Below are positions 8,945 to 18,213 of a stretch of 64,000 bases of DNA, piece after piece. Every line of letters begins with the position of its first letter. Within the stretch, counting starts at the first letter, position 1. The stretch lies in the NCBI GenBank assembly GCA_009929375.1, contig SAAO01000003.1:53128-117127 (forward strand). The letters run 5' to 3'. The notes under the pieces were generated by a model. The model searched no databases, had not been told where the DNA came from, and saw only the letters and a program-made list of their open reading frames with translations. The position numbers and the translations under genes are program-made. The stretch is from Bacteroidia bacterium (lineage in GTDB: Bacteria > Bacteroidota > Bacteroidia > Bacteroidales > Paludibacteraceae).

Positions 8945-10378
8945 TTACTTCGAAATGTCAATCAGAAACTGCTCCATTTTCTTCACCACTTCCGACGAGC
9001 TGCCATTTGGATTGTTCACAATAATAGCAAATGCAAGTGTTGTGCTTCCCGTTTCCACATATCCTGCATAGGATTTTACCTGAGCCAGCGTACCGCTTTT
9101 CGCAAACACTTTCCCTTTCAGATTCGATTTTGCCAGAAATGAAGTCAGCGTGCCGGATTTACCGCTTACCGCCAGACTTTTTTGGAATACTTCAGCATAC
9201 TTACTTTCTTTGCGCATGTATGTGAGCAGATTTACAAAAAAAGCAGCCGAAACACCATTGTTTGGTGACAGTCCCGACCCATCATTCATAAAAAGCTGAT
9301 TCACGGGCAAACCACGCTGACGCCAAAAACTTTCAATCACACTTACAGCCGACTTGTTTGTAGCAGGGATAGCTTTTGTTGTGGCAAGATATTTAAAAAG
9401 ATATTCAGCAAAATGATTATTGCTTTTCACATTGGTTTCTGTAATAATTTCGCTTAAAGGTGCTGATTGATGCGTGTAGATTACTTTTGCAACTTTGGTA
9501 TTAAATAAATCGACCAATGGAAATTCACTGATACCAAAACCCGCTTCGAGCAACGCAGCATGAAAGTGCTGGGCAAGTAACAAACCCGGATTGGGCAAAT
9601 CTCCTTTTACGGCAAATTCGTCTTTATTGGCTGGTATTTCGCCAAACAAAGTACGCGTTGCCGAGAAAGGTTCGCCATAGAAATAAGTATTATCGGAACC
9701 GATATTCGCCGACATCACATAATTCTGAAAGGTCATTCCGGCCATTTCAGGCTCGGTTCGTACAACTTCGGTTTGCGTTCCGGCTTTGCCCGAGCGGAGA
9801 TAAAGTCTGAAAGTATTGTCAAGATACGAAATGCCATGAATACCAGGCGCATAATAATTGCCCATATCCTCCCAAATCCAACGCGGATTCACAACTTGCT
9901 GATCGAAAATAGATGTATTGGCTATAATACGACCATTAACCTTCTTAATACCAGCCGATTTTACAGCTTCCACCCATTTATTCATAAAATCCTGATCGCC
10001 CATTTTTGCTGAACCTAAAGTGGGATCGCCGCCACCGCGAATAATGAGATTGCCATTCAAAACCCCATCTTTCAGTTCTCCGTCCATTTCGAGCGTAGTG
10101 CTAAAGCGGAAATCCGGGCCGAACATTTCGAGCGCAGTGGCTGTGGTTACCAACTTCATGGTTGAAGCAGGCACAGCCGAATTATTGGCTCTGTAGCTAT
10201 AAAGTGATTTGTTGGATTTCAAATCTTTTACCAACAGGCTGATATTTGCATTTTTCAAAAGCGGATTTTGTACAAAATCTGCAAGCGCACTCTGAGCCAT
10301 CAAACCCACGCTAAACAAAAAAAGAAATGTCGGAAGCAATAAACGTTTCATAAGTTTAACTTTAATTGAAATTTTCAC
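8945..10378 (-). CDS. dacB: D-alanyl-D-alanine carboxypeptidase/endopeptidase (PBP4, peptidase S13)
   Basis: Signal peptide. STMK (SxxK), DGSGLSPNN (SxN), KSGT (KTG-like). Confidence 0.85.
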   Translation of the reverse strand: MKISIKVKLMKRLLLPTFLFLFSVGLMAQSALADFVQNPLLKNANISLLVKDLKSNKSLYSYRANNSAVPASTMKLVTTATALEMFGPDFRFSTTLEMDGELKDGVLNGNLIIRGGGDPTLGSAKMGDQDFMNKWVEAVKSAGIKKVNGRIIANTSIFDQQVVNPRWIWEDMGNYYAPGIHGISYLDNTFRLYLRSGKAGTQTEVVRTEPEMAGMTFQNYVMSANIGSDNTYFYGEPFSATRTLFGEIPANKDEFAVKGDLPNPGLLLAQHFHAALLEAGFGISEFPLVDLFNTKVAKVIYTHQSAPLSEIITETNVKSNNHFAEYLFKYLATTKAIPATNKSAVSVIESFWRQRGLPVNQLFMNDGSGLSPNNGVSAAFFVNLLTYMRKESKYAEVFQKSLAVSGKSGTLTSFLAKSNLKGKVFAKSGTLAQVKSYAGYVETGSTTLAFAIIVNNPNGSSSEVVKKMEQFLIDISK

Positions 10379-10477
10379 AAAAGTAAAAAGATAAAATCAG
10401 AATAAAGAATCTGCCGCAAAAAATATGAGCTCAAATTAAAGACTCCTGAATTTTTCAAAAGCAGTTCACCCGGGCGA

Positions 10478-10522
10478 ATCTTCAAATCTTCAAATTTTCA
10501 AATCTTCAAATTTTCAAATCTC
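10478..10522. repeat. Tandem octamer AT(C/T)TTCAA x5.6, overlapping the ogt stop codon
   Basis: atcttcaa atcttcaa attttcaa atcttcaa attttcaa atctc. The ogt TGA (10514..10516, minus strand) lies inside a unit. Confidence 0.85.
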
Positions 10523-11020
10523 TTTCTCTCTTTCCAGCATTTTCACTTTCAACTCCAAACCCCAGCGAAAGCCACCCAAAGCTCCATCGCTGCGCAACAC
10601 ACGGTGACAGGGAATAAACCAAGCTACGGGATTCGCTCCAATAGCCGTGCCAACTGCTCTGACAGCTTTCGGCTTGCCCACTTTTTGTGCAATTTGCGCA
10701 TAAGTGGTTGTGCTTCCGGCAGGAATTTCGCAAAGAGCATTCCACACATTCAGCTGAAATTCGGTGCCACGAACGCACAATTTTGTTTTAGCTTTCTCAT
10801 CGAAAATTTGTTTGCAAAGCAATTCTGCCTTTGCATTGTTTTCCTGCAATTCAATGTCGTAAAAACGGTTTTTCAAATCCGCAATCGCCGCATTGCGATT
10901 TTCGTGGAAGACAAGCGCACTCACTCCATCTTCCGAAAACACGATGGCACATTCGCCAAAAGGCGTAGAGGCAAAACCAAAATCAAGCTGACTAACTGAA
11001 TTTAATTGTCTTATTTTCAT
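10514..11020 (-). CDS. ogt: Methylated-DNA--protein-cysteine methyltransferase
   Basis: IPCHRV active-site motif, TTYAQIA, GANPVAWFIP. 168 aa. Confidence 0.9.
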   Translation of the reverse strand: MKIRQLNSVSQLDFGFASTPFGECAIVFSEDGVSALVFHENRNAAIADLKNRFYDIELQENNAKAELLCKQIFDEKAKTKLCVRGTEFQLNVWNALCEIPAGSTTTYAQIAQKVGKPKAVRAVGTAIGANPVAWFIPCHRVLRSDGALGGFRWGLELKVKMLEREKEI

Positions 11021-11081
11021 TGACGTATAAAATTATTTTGGAATGCATAATTTTTAATTTGGAAAAAACCAAAAGCTAACT

Positions 11082-11089
11082 TACATTTG
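11082..11089 (+). promoter_or_regulatory. -7 box TACATTTG
   Basis: Exact TAnnTTTG, 37 nt upstream of ATG 11126. Confidence 0.45.
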
Positions 11090-11125
11090 TTGCAAATGTA
11101 ATAATTTAATTCAGAACCGATATTT

Positions 11126-12448
11126 ATGTCAGTTTCAAAACCCGGAATTTCAGTATGCTGGTTGCGCCGCGATTTGCGTTTACACGACAATGCAGCTTTG
11201 TTTCATGCCCTGCAAAGCGGTTTTCCTGTGCTTCCTGTGTTTATTTTCGACGATGCAATTCTTAATCAACTCGACGACAAAGCCGATAAACGTGTGGATT
11301 TGATTTATCAGATGCTCGAAAATATTCAACAAAAACTGCAAACTTCAGAAGCATCGATCAGGATATTTCACGGAAGTGTAAAACAGGCTTTCGAAACACT
11401 GACGAGCGAATATGATCTGCAAAAAGTGTTTTGTAACCGCGACTACGAACCTTATGCTTTGCAACGCGATGCCGAAATCAGAGCTTTTCTGAATGCAAAA
11501 AATATTGAATTTCATAGTTATAAAGACCAGGTGATTTTTGAATGGAACGAAGTGCTGAAAGCCGATGGAACAGCTTATACTGTGTTTACGCCATATTCCA
11601 AAATATGGAAAAAGCATCTTTCTGAAATACAAATTCCCGTTTATCCATCCGAAAAGCTCCTGAATAATATTTATAAATCTGATAAAAACATTTCTTTTCC
11701 GAAACTTGAAGAAATTGGTTTTCAGAAAACACGTGTTGAATTCCACGAAGCAAAACCAGAAATTTATACTATTGAGAATTATCATCTTACCCGCGACATC
11801 CCTTCGCTCGAAACAGGAACTACGGGCATGAGCCTGCATTTACGTTTTGGTACTGTGAGCGTGCGTGAGTTGGTGAAAATTGCACGTGTTAGCAACGAAA
11901 CCTGGCTCAACGAACTTATCTGGCGCGAGTTTTTTATGAGTATTCTGATGCATTTTCCACATGTGGCAAATGGAGCATTCAAAAAACAATATGATGCCAT
12001 CGCATGGCGTAACAACGAAGACGAATTCCTGCGGTGGTGCAATGGCACAACAGGTTTCCCGATTGTGGATGCCGGAATGCGGCAACTAAACGAAACCGGA
12101 CTGATGCACAACCGCGTACGAATGATTACTGCTTCGTTTCTGGTAAAGGATTTGCTCATCGACTGGCGCTGGGGCGAAGCGTATTTTGCCTCGAAACTGC
12201 TCGACTACGACCTCTCGGCCAACAATGGAAACTGGCAATGGGCTGCAGGATGTGGTTGCGATGCAGCACCTTATTTCCGTATTTTCAATCCGGCTGAACA
12301 AACCAAACGCTACGATCCGGAGTTGAAATATATCCGTCGCTGGGTGCCCGAAATCAACGAATTTGGCTATCCCGCTCCCATCGTTGACCACAGTATGGCG
12401 CGCGAACGTACACTTAAAGCATTCAAAGAGGCTTTAAATAACATTTAA
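11126..12448 (+). CDS. Deoxyribodipyrimidine photo-lyase / cryptochrome-family protein
   Basis: WLRRDLRLHDNAAL N-terminus. C-terminal FAD-binding blocks TGFPIVDAGMRQL, NRVRMITASFL, NNGNWQW. 440 aa. Confidence 0.85.
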   Translation: MSVSKPGISVCWLRRDLRLHDNAALFHALQSGFPVLPVFIFDDAILNQLDDKADKRVDLIYQMLENIQQKLQTSEASIRIFHGSVKQAFETLTSEYDLQKVFCNRDYEPYALQRDAEIRAFLNAKNIEFHSYKDQVIFEWNEVLKADGTAYTVFTPYSKIWKKHLSEIQIPVYPSEKLLNNIYKSDKNISFPKLEEIGFQKTRVEFHEAKPEIYTIENYHLTRDIPSLETGTTGMSLHLRFGTVSVRELVKIARVSNETWLNELIWREFFMSILMHFPHVANGAFKKQYDAIAWRNNEDEFLRWCNGTTGFPIVDAGMRQLNETGLMHNRVRMITASFLVKDLLIDWRWGEAYFASKLLDYDLSANNGNWQWAAGCGCDAAPYFRIFNPAEQTKRYDPELKYIRRWVPEINEFGYPAPIVDHSMARERTLKAFKEALNNI

Positions 12449-12477
12449 AAGATTCTGATTCTCAGTCCGAAAAACTT

Positions 12478-12485
12478 TATCTTTG
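12478..12485 (+). promoter_or_regulatory. -7 box TATCTTTG
   Basis: Exact TAnnTTTG, 27 nt upstream of ATG 12512. Confidence 0.45.
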
Positions 12486-12511
12486 CAGCCGTAAAACAAT
12501 AAACACCATTC

Positions 12512-13414
12512 ATGATCGACATTTATCAGGAATATCACATGTATCTGAAACTCGAAAAAGCACTGTCGGAGAACACGATAGCTGCCTACGAAGCCGATCT
12601 TCAGAAACTCAGGGATTACCTGAAAGATGCACATATTCTAGCTGAAAAAGCCGAAACAGCGCATTTACGCGATTTTATCATCGACATTTCCGATGCAGGC
12701 GTTCATGCACGTTCGCAGGCGCGTATTATTTCGGGCATAAAATCGTTTTACCATTTTCTGATTTACAAGAAAAAACGCGACGACGACCCGACTGAATTGC
12801 TCGAAATGCCTAAAACCGGACTGCATTTGCCCGAAGTACTTTCGGTAGCTGAAATTGATGCTATTGTGGCCGCCATCGACCTTTCGAAAGCCGAAGGACA
12901 ACGCAACAAAGCCATTATCGAAACGCTTTACGGCTCGGGACTTCGCGTTTCGGAACTTATCGGTCTGAAAATGTCGCGCATGTACACGCAGGAAGGTTAT
13001 ATGCTGGTGGAAGGAAAAGGCAGCAAACAACGCCTCGTGCCACTTTCGCCACAGGCTTTGAAACATATCGAACTCTGGCTGATCGATCGTAATTCGCTGA
13101 AAATCAAAAAAGGCGACGAGGATATTTTATTTCTGAACCGGCGTGGCGGACGACTGACACGCGCGATGATTTTTACCATTGTAAAAGACCTGACTGCATT
13201 GGCCGGCATTCACAAAAAAGTGAGTCCGCACACTTTCAGACATTCATTTGCCACACATTTGCTCGAAAACGGAGCCAATCTTCGCGCTATTCAGCAATTG
13301 CTCGGGCACGAGTCCATTACCACAACCGAACTTTACACGCATATTGACGTAAATTTTCTGCGACAAACCATTCTCGATTTTCATCCTTTGTACCGAAAAA
13401 ACAAACAAAAGTGA
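12512..13414 (+). CDS. xerD: Site-specific tyrosine recombinase XerD
   Basis: GLRVSEL, HTFRHSFATHLL, LGHESITTTELYTH (R..HxxR..Y). 300 aa. Confidence 0.85.
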   Translation: MIDIYQEYHMYLKLEKALSENTIAAYEADLQKLRDYLKDAHILAEKAETAHLRDFIIDISDAGVHARSQARIISGIKSFYHFLIYKKKRDDDPTELLEMPKTGLHLPEVLSVAEIDAIVAAIDLSKAEGQRNKAIIETLYGSGLRVSELIGLKMSRMYTQEGYMLVEGKGSKQRLVPLSPQALKHIELWLIDRNSLKIKKGDEDILFLNRRGGRLTRAMIFTIVKDLTALAGIHKKVSPHTFRHSFATHLLENGANLRAIQQLLGHESITTTELYTHIDVNFLRQTILDFHPLYRKNKQK

Positions 13415-15807
13415 TTCCAAACAAACCACATATTTTTAATGCTTTACTGCTGATTTTTCTGTTTTTGAGCCTCAATATTTTTGCTCAGACTCAGGAAACA
13501 TTAGTGGTGGGACAGGTTTTGAATGCAACCGACAAAAGTCCGGTACCCGATGCTAATATTTATTTTAAAAACACAAATAAAGGAACTAAAAGTAACGACG
13601 AAGGTTATTTTCTGATTCGTAATGAAGGCGAAGAAACGACACTTGTTTTTTCGGCTGTGGGCTATCGCACCAAAGAAATACGTTTCAAAAAAGGACAAAG
13701 CGCAGGTATACAGGTTGAATTGAAAGAGCAAAACGTAGAATTGCTTGAAGTAATGGTAGTTCCGGGTGCAAATCCTGCTTTGCCGCTTATGCGAAAGGTG
13801 CGCGAAGCCCGCGATCGAAACGATTACAGCACACTTACAACCGGAACTTTCGCTGAGCAAAACCTTGTCTATCTTGGAAATATTAGCCGCAACAGTCTGA
13901 AACGCAAAATCTTCAGTCAGCTTTCCGAAGGAGCCATACAAAGTAACGACTCCTCGCTCCTGCTGCCGCTTTTTATGTCCGAGAAAAAAGTGCAGCGACA
14001 AAAGAATAACGTCTCTGTGCTTTCGGAAAACTATTTTTCGTCGAAACCCGAAAACGAAAGACTTTTGATGGGCCTGACGAATCAGCAATCTGCCGGGATC
14101 AATTTTTACCGCAATTCTCTCACATTTTTCAATCAGTCGTTTGTAAGTCCGCTGGCTTCTTCAGGAAATGCATACTACAATTACTACCTGACTGACAGCA
14201 TCATGCAAAACCAGCGAAAGGAATATCAGATTAATTTCAGAACAAAAAATCCGAAAAATCTGGCCTTCAACGGAAGCATGAGGATTGATTCTGCGTCGTT
14301 GGCACTTACTTATATTGACGCAATTTTGCCCACCGGAGCCAATCTAAACTACGTGCATCAACTTCGAGTTCAGCAACAGTTTGAGCAAAACAGTTCGTTT
14401 TTCGTTCCGCAAACATCACTGTTTTCGTCGAACATCACATACGAAGTTCTGGCCGACAGCCTGCATCCAAAACCCGAATTATTCATTCAACAAAAAACAA
14501 TTACCGAAAATATAAGTATTTCTGAAAATTCGGACATTAATTTTGCAGGTTCAAACCTGAAAGCAACCGAGATTGACAGCAGCATGTTACATTTGGGAAA
14601 TACTCCTGTGGTTCGGTTTGCCAAATGGCTGGCCGATGTGATTATCACCGGTTATATTCCTGTTGGGAAAGTGGATATCGGTAAAGTTCAGCACATTGCA
14701 CGACTTACCGAGGTGGAAGGACTCCGACTGACATTACCTTTCCGCACCAACGAAACTTTTTCAAAAAATATCGGGTTTAGTGGTTATGCAGGCTATGGGT
14801 TTAAAAATAATATTCCAAAATATTCAGCCGGTTTTCATTATAAATTACCCACAGAAAATCGCCTGATTTTCAACGCAAACTACACCGACGATTATCGGCG
14901 CGTGGATTATGATTACAACGATTTTCTGTATCGCGAAAATCCGTTGCTATCGGGCGATGAGGATATTGCCATTACCATTTTCGGATTACGCACGGCCCGA
15001 AAACTCAATGAGCGAAAAGAATTCAGCACTTCGCTGACTTACGACTGGAATAAAAATATAGAATCAACACTTTTCTACCGGCATCACCGATTGGGTGATT
15101 CGGAGGCAATGCCTTTTGTGCAAAATACCACTGCACTTTCGCACATTACACAGCAAAGTGTGGTTCTGCAAAGTCGTTTTTCGTTTGGCGAACGCGTGTA
15201 CGACGATCATTTTCAGCGTATTTATGTGGCGAATGAAAAACCTGTGATTTATACAATTCTCGAAGCAGGGAAATTTAATGCCGGGCAAAAAAAGGGGAAT
15301 TACCTGAAAATTAATGCATCAGTAAAACAACAGGTTCGGTTTACAGCCGGACAATGGAATTACATGTTCGAAGCAGGGAAAATATTCGGTGAGGTACCTT
15401 ATTCTCTGCTCGAAATTCCAATGGGAAATGGTTCGTTTCCGTATCGCCGAAATCTGTTCAACACACTTCGCGACATGGAATATGCTTTCGATCAATACGC
15501 CGGAATGCACAATGAGCTGATCATGAATGGTATTGTCATGAACCACATTCCACTCATCAAACATCTGAATTTGCGAGAATTGCTCACTTTCAAAGTTCTT
15601 TATGGAAACCGGAGCAATGTGCACAACAATATAATAGATATTCCGACCAATATTTACAAACTCAATCAACCACATATGGAAGTAGGCGTTGGTTTCAGCA
15701 ATATTCTTCGACTGTTTACACTGCAATCGGTGTGGCGACTTACAAATCCCGATCATCCCGGAGCAGAACGCTGGTCGATTCGCGGAAGTATCAGAGCCGG
15801 ATTTTAA
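13411..15807 (+). CDS. DUF5686-like protein with N-terminal carboxypeptidase-regulatory-like domain
   Basis: GTG start overlaps the xerD stop. Signal peptide, then VVGQVLNATDKSPVPDANIYFKNTNKGTKSNDEGYFLI (CarboxypepD_reg fold). 798 aa, typical of the family. Confidence 0.65.
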   Translation: MIPNKPHIFNALLLIFLFLSLNIFAQTQETLVVGQVLNATDKSPVPDANIYFKNTNKGTKSNDEGYFLIRNEGEETTLVFSAVGYRTKEIRFKKGQSAGIQVELKEQNVELLEVMVVPGANPALPLMRKVREARDRNDYSTLTTGTFAEQNLVYLGNISRNSLKRKIFSQLSEGAIQSNDSSLLLPLFMSEKKVQRQKNNVSVLSENYFSSKPENERLLMGLTNQQSAGINFYRNSLTFFNQSFVSPLASSGNAYYNYYLTDSIMQNQRKEYQINFRTKNPKNLAFNGSMRIDSASLALTYIDAILPTGANLNYVHQLRVQQQFEQNSSFFVPQTSLFSSNITYEVLADSLHPKPELFIQQKTITENISISENSDINFAGSNLKATEIDSSMLHLGNTPVVRFAKWLADVIITGYIPVGKVDIGKVQHIARLTEVEGLRLTLPFRTNETFSKNIGFSGYAGYGFKNNIPKYSAGFHYKLPTENRLIFNANYTDDYRRVDYDYNDFLYRENPLLSGDEDIAITIFGLRTARKLNERKEFSTSLTYDWNKNIESTLFYRHHRLGDSEAMPFVQNTTALSHITQQSVVLQSRFSFGERVYDDHFQRIYVANEKPVIYTILEAGKFNAGQKKGNYLKINASVKQQVRFTAGQWNYMFEAGKIFGEVPYSLLEIPMGNGSFPYRRNLFNTLRDMEYAFDQYAGMHNELIMNGIVMNHIPLIKHLNLRELLTFKVLYGNRSNVHNNIIDIPTNIYKLNQPHMEVGVGFSNILRLFTLQSVWRLTNPDHPGAERWSIRGSIRAGF

Positions 15808-15847
15808 GAAAAGGCAGGATTTACATTGTGCTGCAAATCAAAAAAAC

Positions 15848-15855
15848 TATCTTTG
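15848..15855 (+). promoter_or_regulatory. -7 box TATCTTTG
   Basis: Exact TAnnTTTG, 26 nt upstream of ATG 15881. Confidence 0.5.
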
Positions 15856-15880
15856 CAACAGCTTAACAACTGACCAAAAA

Positions 15881-16690
15881 ATGACGGAAATGGATACAAA
15901 AAATCTGAAAATAGCCATTATCGGTGGCGGAAATATGGGCGGTGCCATTGCACGCGGACTTGCCAAAGGTTCTTTCATCGAAACTTCGAACATTTTAGTG
16001 AGCGACGTTTCACAGGCCAATCTGGATGCTCTGAAAGCCTTCGACAGTGCCATTGTGACTTCAAACTCAAATATTGAAGTCGTAAAACATGCCGACATTG
16101 TGGTTTTAGCCGTAAAACCCTGGCTTGTTGAAGTCATTGCCGATGAAATTGAACGCAAAATCGACTACAAACGTCAATTAATTGTATCGATTGCTGCTGG
16201 TGTCGATTTTGAAAAGATGCGTGGCTTGTTCGATAGTGAAGCAACCATGTTTCGCGTGATTCCAAACACAGCCATCGAGGTTTTGCAAAGCGTTTCCACC
16301 ATTTCGTCGTGCAACGCAAGTCCCGAGCAGGAAGCCCTTGTGGTTTCGCTTTTCAGCGAACTGGGCAAAGCATTTCTCGTTCCGGAAACGCAACTGAATG
16401 CTTTTATGTCGCTTTCGTCCTGCGGTATTGCTTATGCATTCCGCTACATTCGCGCAGCCATGGAAGGCGGAGTGGAAATGGGCATTTACCCGAATGTGGC
16501 CAAAGAAGTCGTGCTGCAAACGCTTCGGGGTGCCATCGATTTGATCGAAGCCAACAATTCGCATCCCGAAGTGGAAATTGACAAAGTAACCACACCCGGT
16601 GGCATCACCATCAAAGGTCTCAACGAAATGGAGGCTAACGGATTTACAAATGCAGTGATAAAAGGCCTGAAAGCTTCACATCTGAAATAA
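15881..16690 (+). CDS. proC: Pyrroline-5-carboxylate reductase
   Basis: IAIIGGGNMGGAIARGL Rossmann motif, then VTTPGGITIKG near the C-terminus. Start moved to ATG 15881, downstream of the -7 box; the 15689 extension overlaps the upstream gene. Confidence 0.9.
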   Translation: MTEMDTKNLKIAIIGGGNMGGAIARGLAKGSFIETSNILVSDVSQANLDALKAFDSAIVTSNSNIEVVKHADIVVLAVKPWLVEVIADEIERKIDYKRQLIVSIAAGVDFEKMRGLFDSEATMFRVIPNTAIEVLQSVSTISSCNASPEQEALVVSLFSELGKAFLVPETQLNAFMSLSSCGIAYAFRYIRAAMEGGVEMGIYPNVAKEVVLQTLRGAIDLIEANNSHPEVEIDKVTTPGGITIKGLNEMEANGFTNAVIKGLKASHLK

Positions 16691-16763
16691 ACAATCAGAG
16701 TTTTCTATAAAATTTTATACAGTTTATACTTCACTGTAAACCAAAATTGTATAACACAATCAG

Positions 16764-16796
16764 ACGCTTTCGGAATTTTCCTGAAGCGTTTTTTTG
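16764..16796 (+). terminator. Intrinsic terminator after proC
   Basis: ACGCTTT-cggaattttcc-TGAAGCGT followed by TTTTTTT. Confidence 0.6.
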
Positions 16797-16932
16797 TTGT
16801 GCAAAATCCAAAAGCTGTTAATGAGCGAAATCTTTCATTATAATTTGTTAAATACGCTTTTGACAAAGCAATAATACTGAATAATTTTCGTTAATTTGCA
16901 ATCAATCGATAAAATCTTTTATTAACAAACCC

Positions 16933-18213
16933 GTGAGAAAGCACCTGAAAAATATTTTGCAGATTAGTTTCGTCATCTTGTTATTAGGATGTGATGGCGG
17001 AAGCAACGAAATAATTTCTACTTACAGGGTGCAAAAAGCTGATTTTGTAGATGCAGTAAGCGTAGAAGGGTTTGCCGAACCTGTTCGTTCGCTGACAGTG
17101 TCCTGCCCTCCCGAAATCGACGGAACTGTACTACGCATTATCGACGATGGAACTATCGTAAATGCAGGTGATGAGATTTGTGTTATTGAGGACAACAATC
17201 TAATGTCGGAATACGAAGAATCATTGCGCTCACTCGAAAATGCCGAAGCCAATGTAAACAAAGTACGCGCCGATCATCAGTTGCAACTCGCCATCCTCGA
17301 AGCACAGCAACGCACTAACAATGCCGAAACAATGATTGCCGGCCTTGACTCCCTTCAACTAAAATACTCCTCCGACAATCAGCGTAAAATAAAAGAACTT
17401 GAACTTCAGCGTTCCGCCATAGAAAAAAGCCGTTTCGAGAAAAAATTTCGCGCTACCCGCCAAATACAACAAGCCGAAATTCGCGGCCTTGAAATTCAGA
17501 TGCAAAGATTCAGAATGCGCGTTGAAATTGCCAAGCAAAGGCTTGAAGCTCTAACTATTAAAGCTCCACAGGCAGGTATGGTAATTATTGCCCGTAGTCC
17601 CATGAGTGGCCGCAAAATTGTTCCCGGCGACAATATCTGGCAGGGAAGACCTATTTGTACAATGCCCGAAATCAAAGAAATGAAAGTATTGATGATGGCC
17701 TCGGAAGGAAACTACAAACGCATTCAACAAAACGATGTGGTTGAATATAACTTCGATGCCATGCCGGGAAATTTTGCCACAGGAAAAATCGTAAAGAAAG
17801 CACCAGTCGGACAACCTGTTTCCGAAAATTCGAAAGTAAAAGTTTTTGAAATTGAAGCGTCTGTCGATAGTTTTGCCGAGATTCCCGACCCCGGATTTAG
17901 TGCCGAATGCCGCATTATTCTGAAAAGAGTGAAAGACACCATAGTGGTTCCTCAAATTGCCGTTTTTGATCAGGATTCTACAAAAGTGGTGTATGTAAAA
18001 CTCAAAAAAGGATACGAAATGCGCGAGGTAAAAACCGGACTTTCGTCGACCAAAGAAGTGATTATCGAAAAGGGGTTAAAAATCAACGAATATATTACAC
18101 TCACCGTTCCCCCGAAAAAAGAGATAAAAAGCCGTATATTCTTTCCCCAAAAAGACATTAAGGATAAAATTAAAAAATCAGAAACCGACAGCACCCATCA
18201 TACAACACAATGA
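16933..18213 (+). CDS. HlyD-family periplasmic adaptor (membrane fusion protein) lipoprotein, paralog 1
   Basis: GTG start. Lipobox LLLGC. Barrel-sandwich, long coiled-coil and beta-barrel layout (GDEICVIED...coiled coil...IKAPQAGMV). Confidence 0.8.
   Translation: MRKHLKNILQISFVILLLGCDGGSNEIISTYRVQKADFVDAVSVEGFAEPVRSLTVSCPPEIDGTVLRIIDDGTIVNAGDEICVIEDNNLMSEYEESLRSLENAEANVNKVRADHQLQLAILEAQQRTNNAETMIAGLDSLQLKYSSDNQRKIKELELQRSAIEKSRFEKKFRATRQIQQAEIRGLEIQMQRFRMRVEIAKQRLEALTIKAPQAGMVIIARSPMSGRKIVPGDNIWQGRPICTMPEIKEMKVLMMASEGNYKRIQQNDVVEYNFDAMPGNFATGKIVKKAPVGQPVSENSKVKVFEIEASVDSFAEIPDPGFSAECRIILKRVKDTIVVPQIAVFDQDSTKVVYVKLKKGYEMREVKTGLSSTKEVIIEKGLKINEYITLTVPPKKEIKSRIFFPQKDIKDKIKKSETDSTHHTTQ

Noticed and set aside
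10478-10522. CRISPR array, also considered for 54555..54642.
   Set aside because: The units are 7-8 nt and directly abut one another with no spacers. No cas genes are present, so these are microsatellite-like stutter tracts.
12512-13414. xerD as the integrase of a mobile element accounting for nearby inserts.
   Set aside because: It has the full housekeeping XerD motif set, sits in a DNA-repair/housekeeping context (ogt, photolyase) and has no flanking att-like repeats or cargo genes.
15689-15880. N-terminal extensions of ORF-track entries: proC from 15689, GH127 from 36751, ahcY from 43390, pnuC from 45871, TatD from 43492, S41 peptidase from 44194, aguB from 53637.
   Set aside because: The extensions overlap upstream genes, terminators or -7 boxes and encode non-homologous junk before the conserved N-terminus. 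The first ATG after the promoter box gives the family-typical start.
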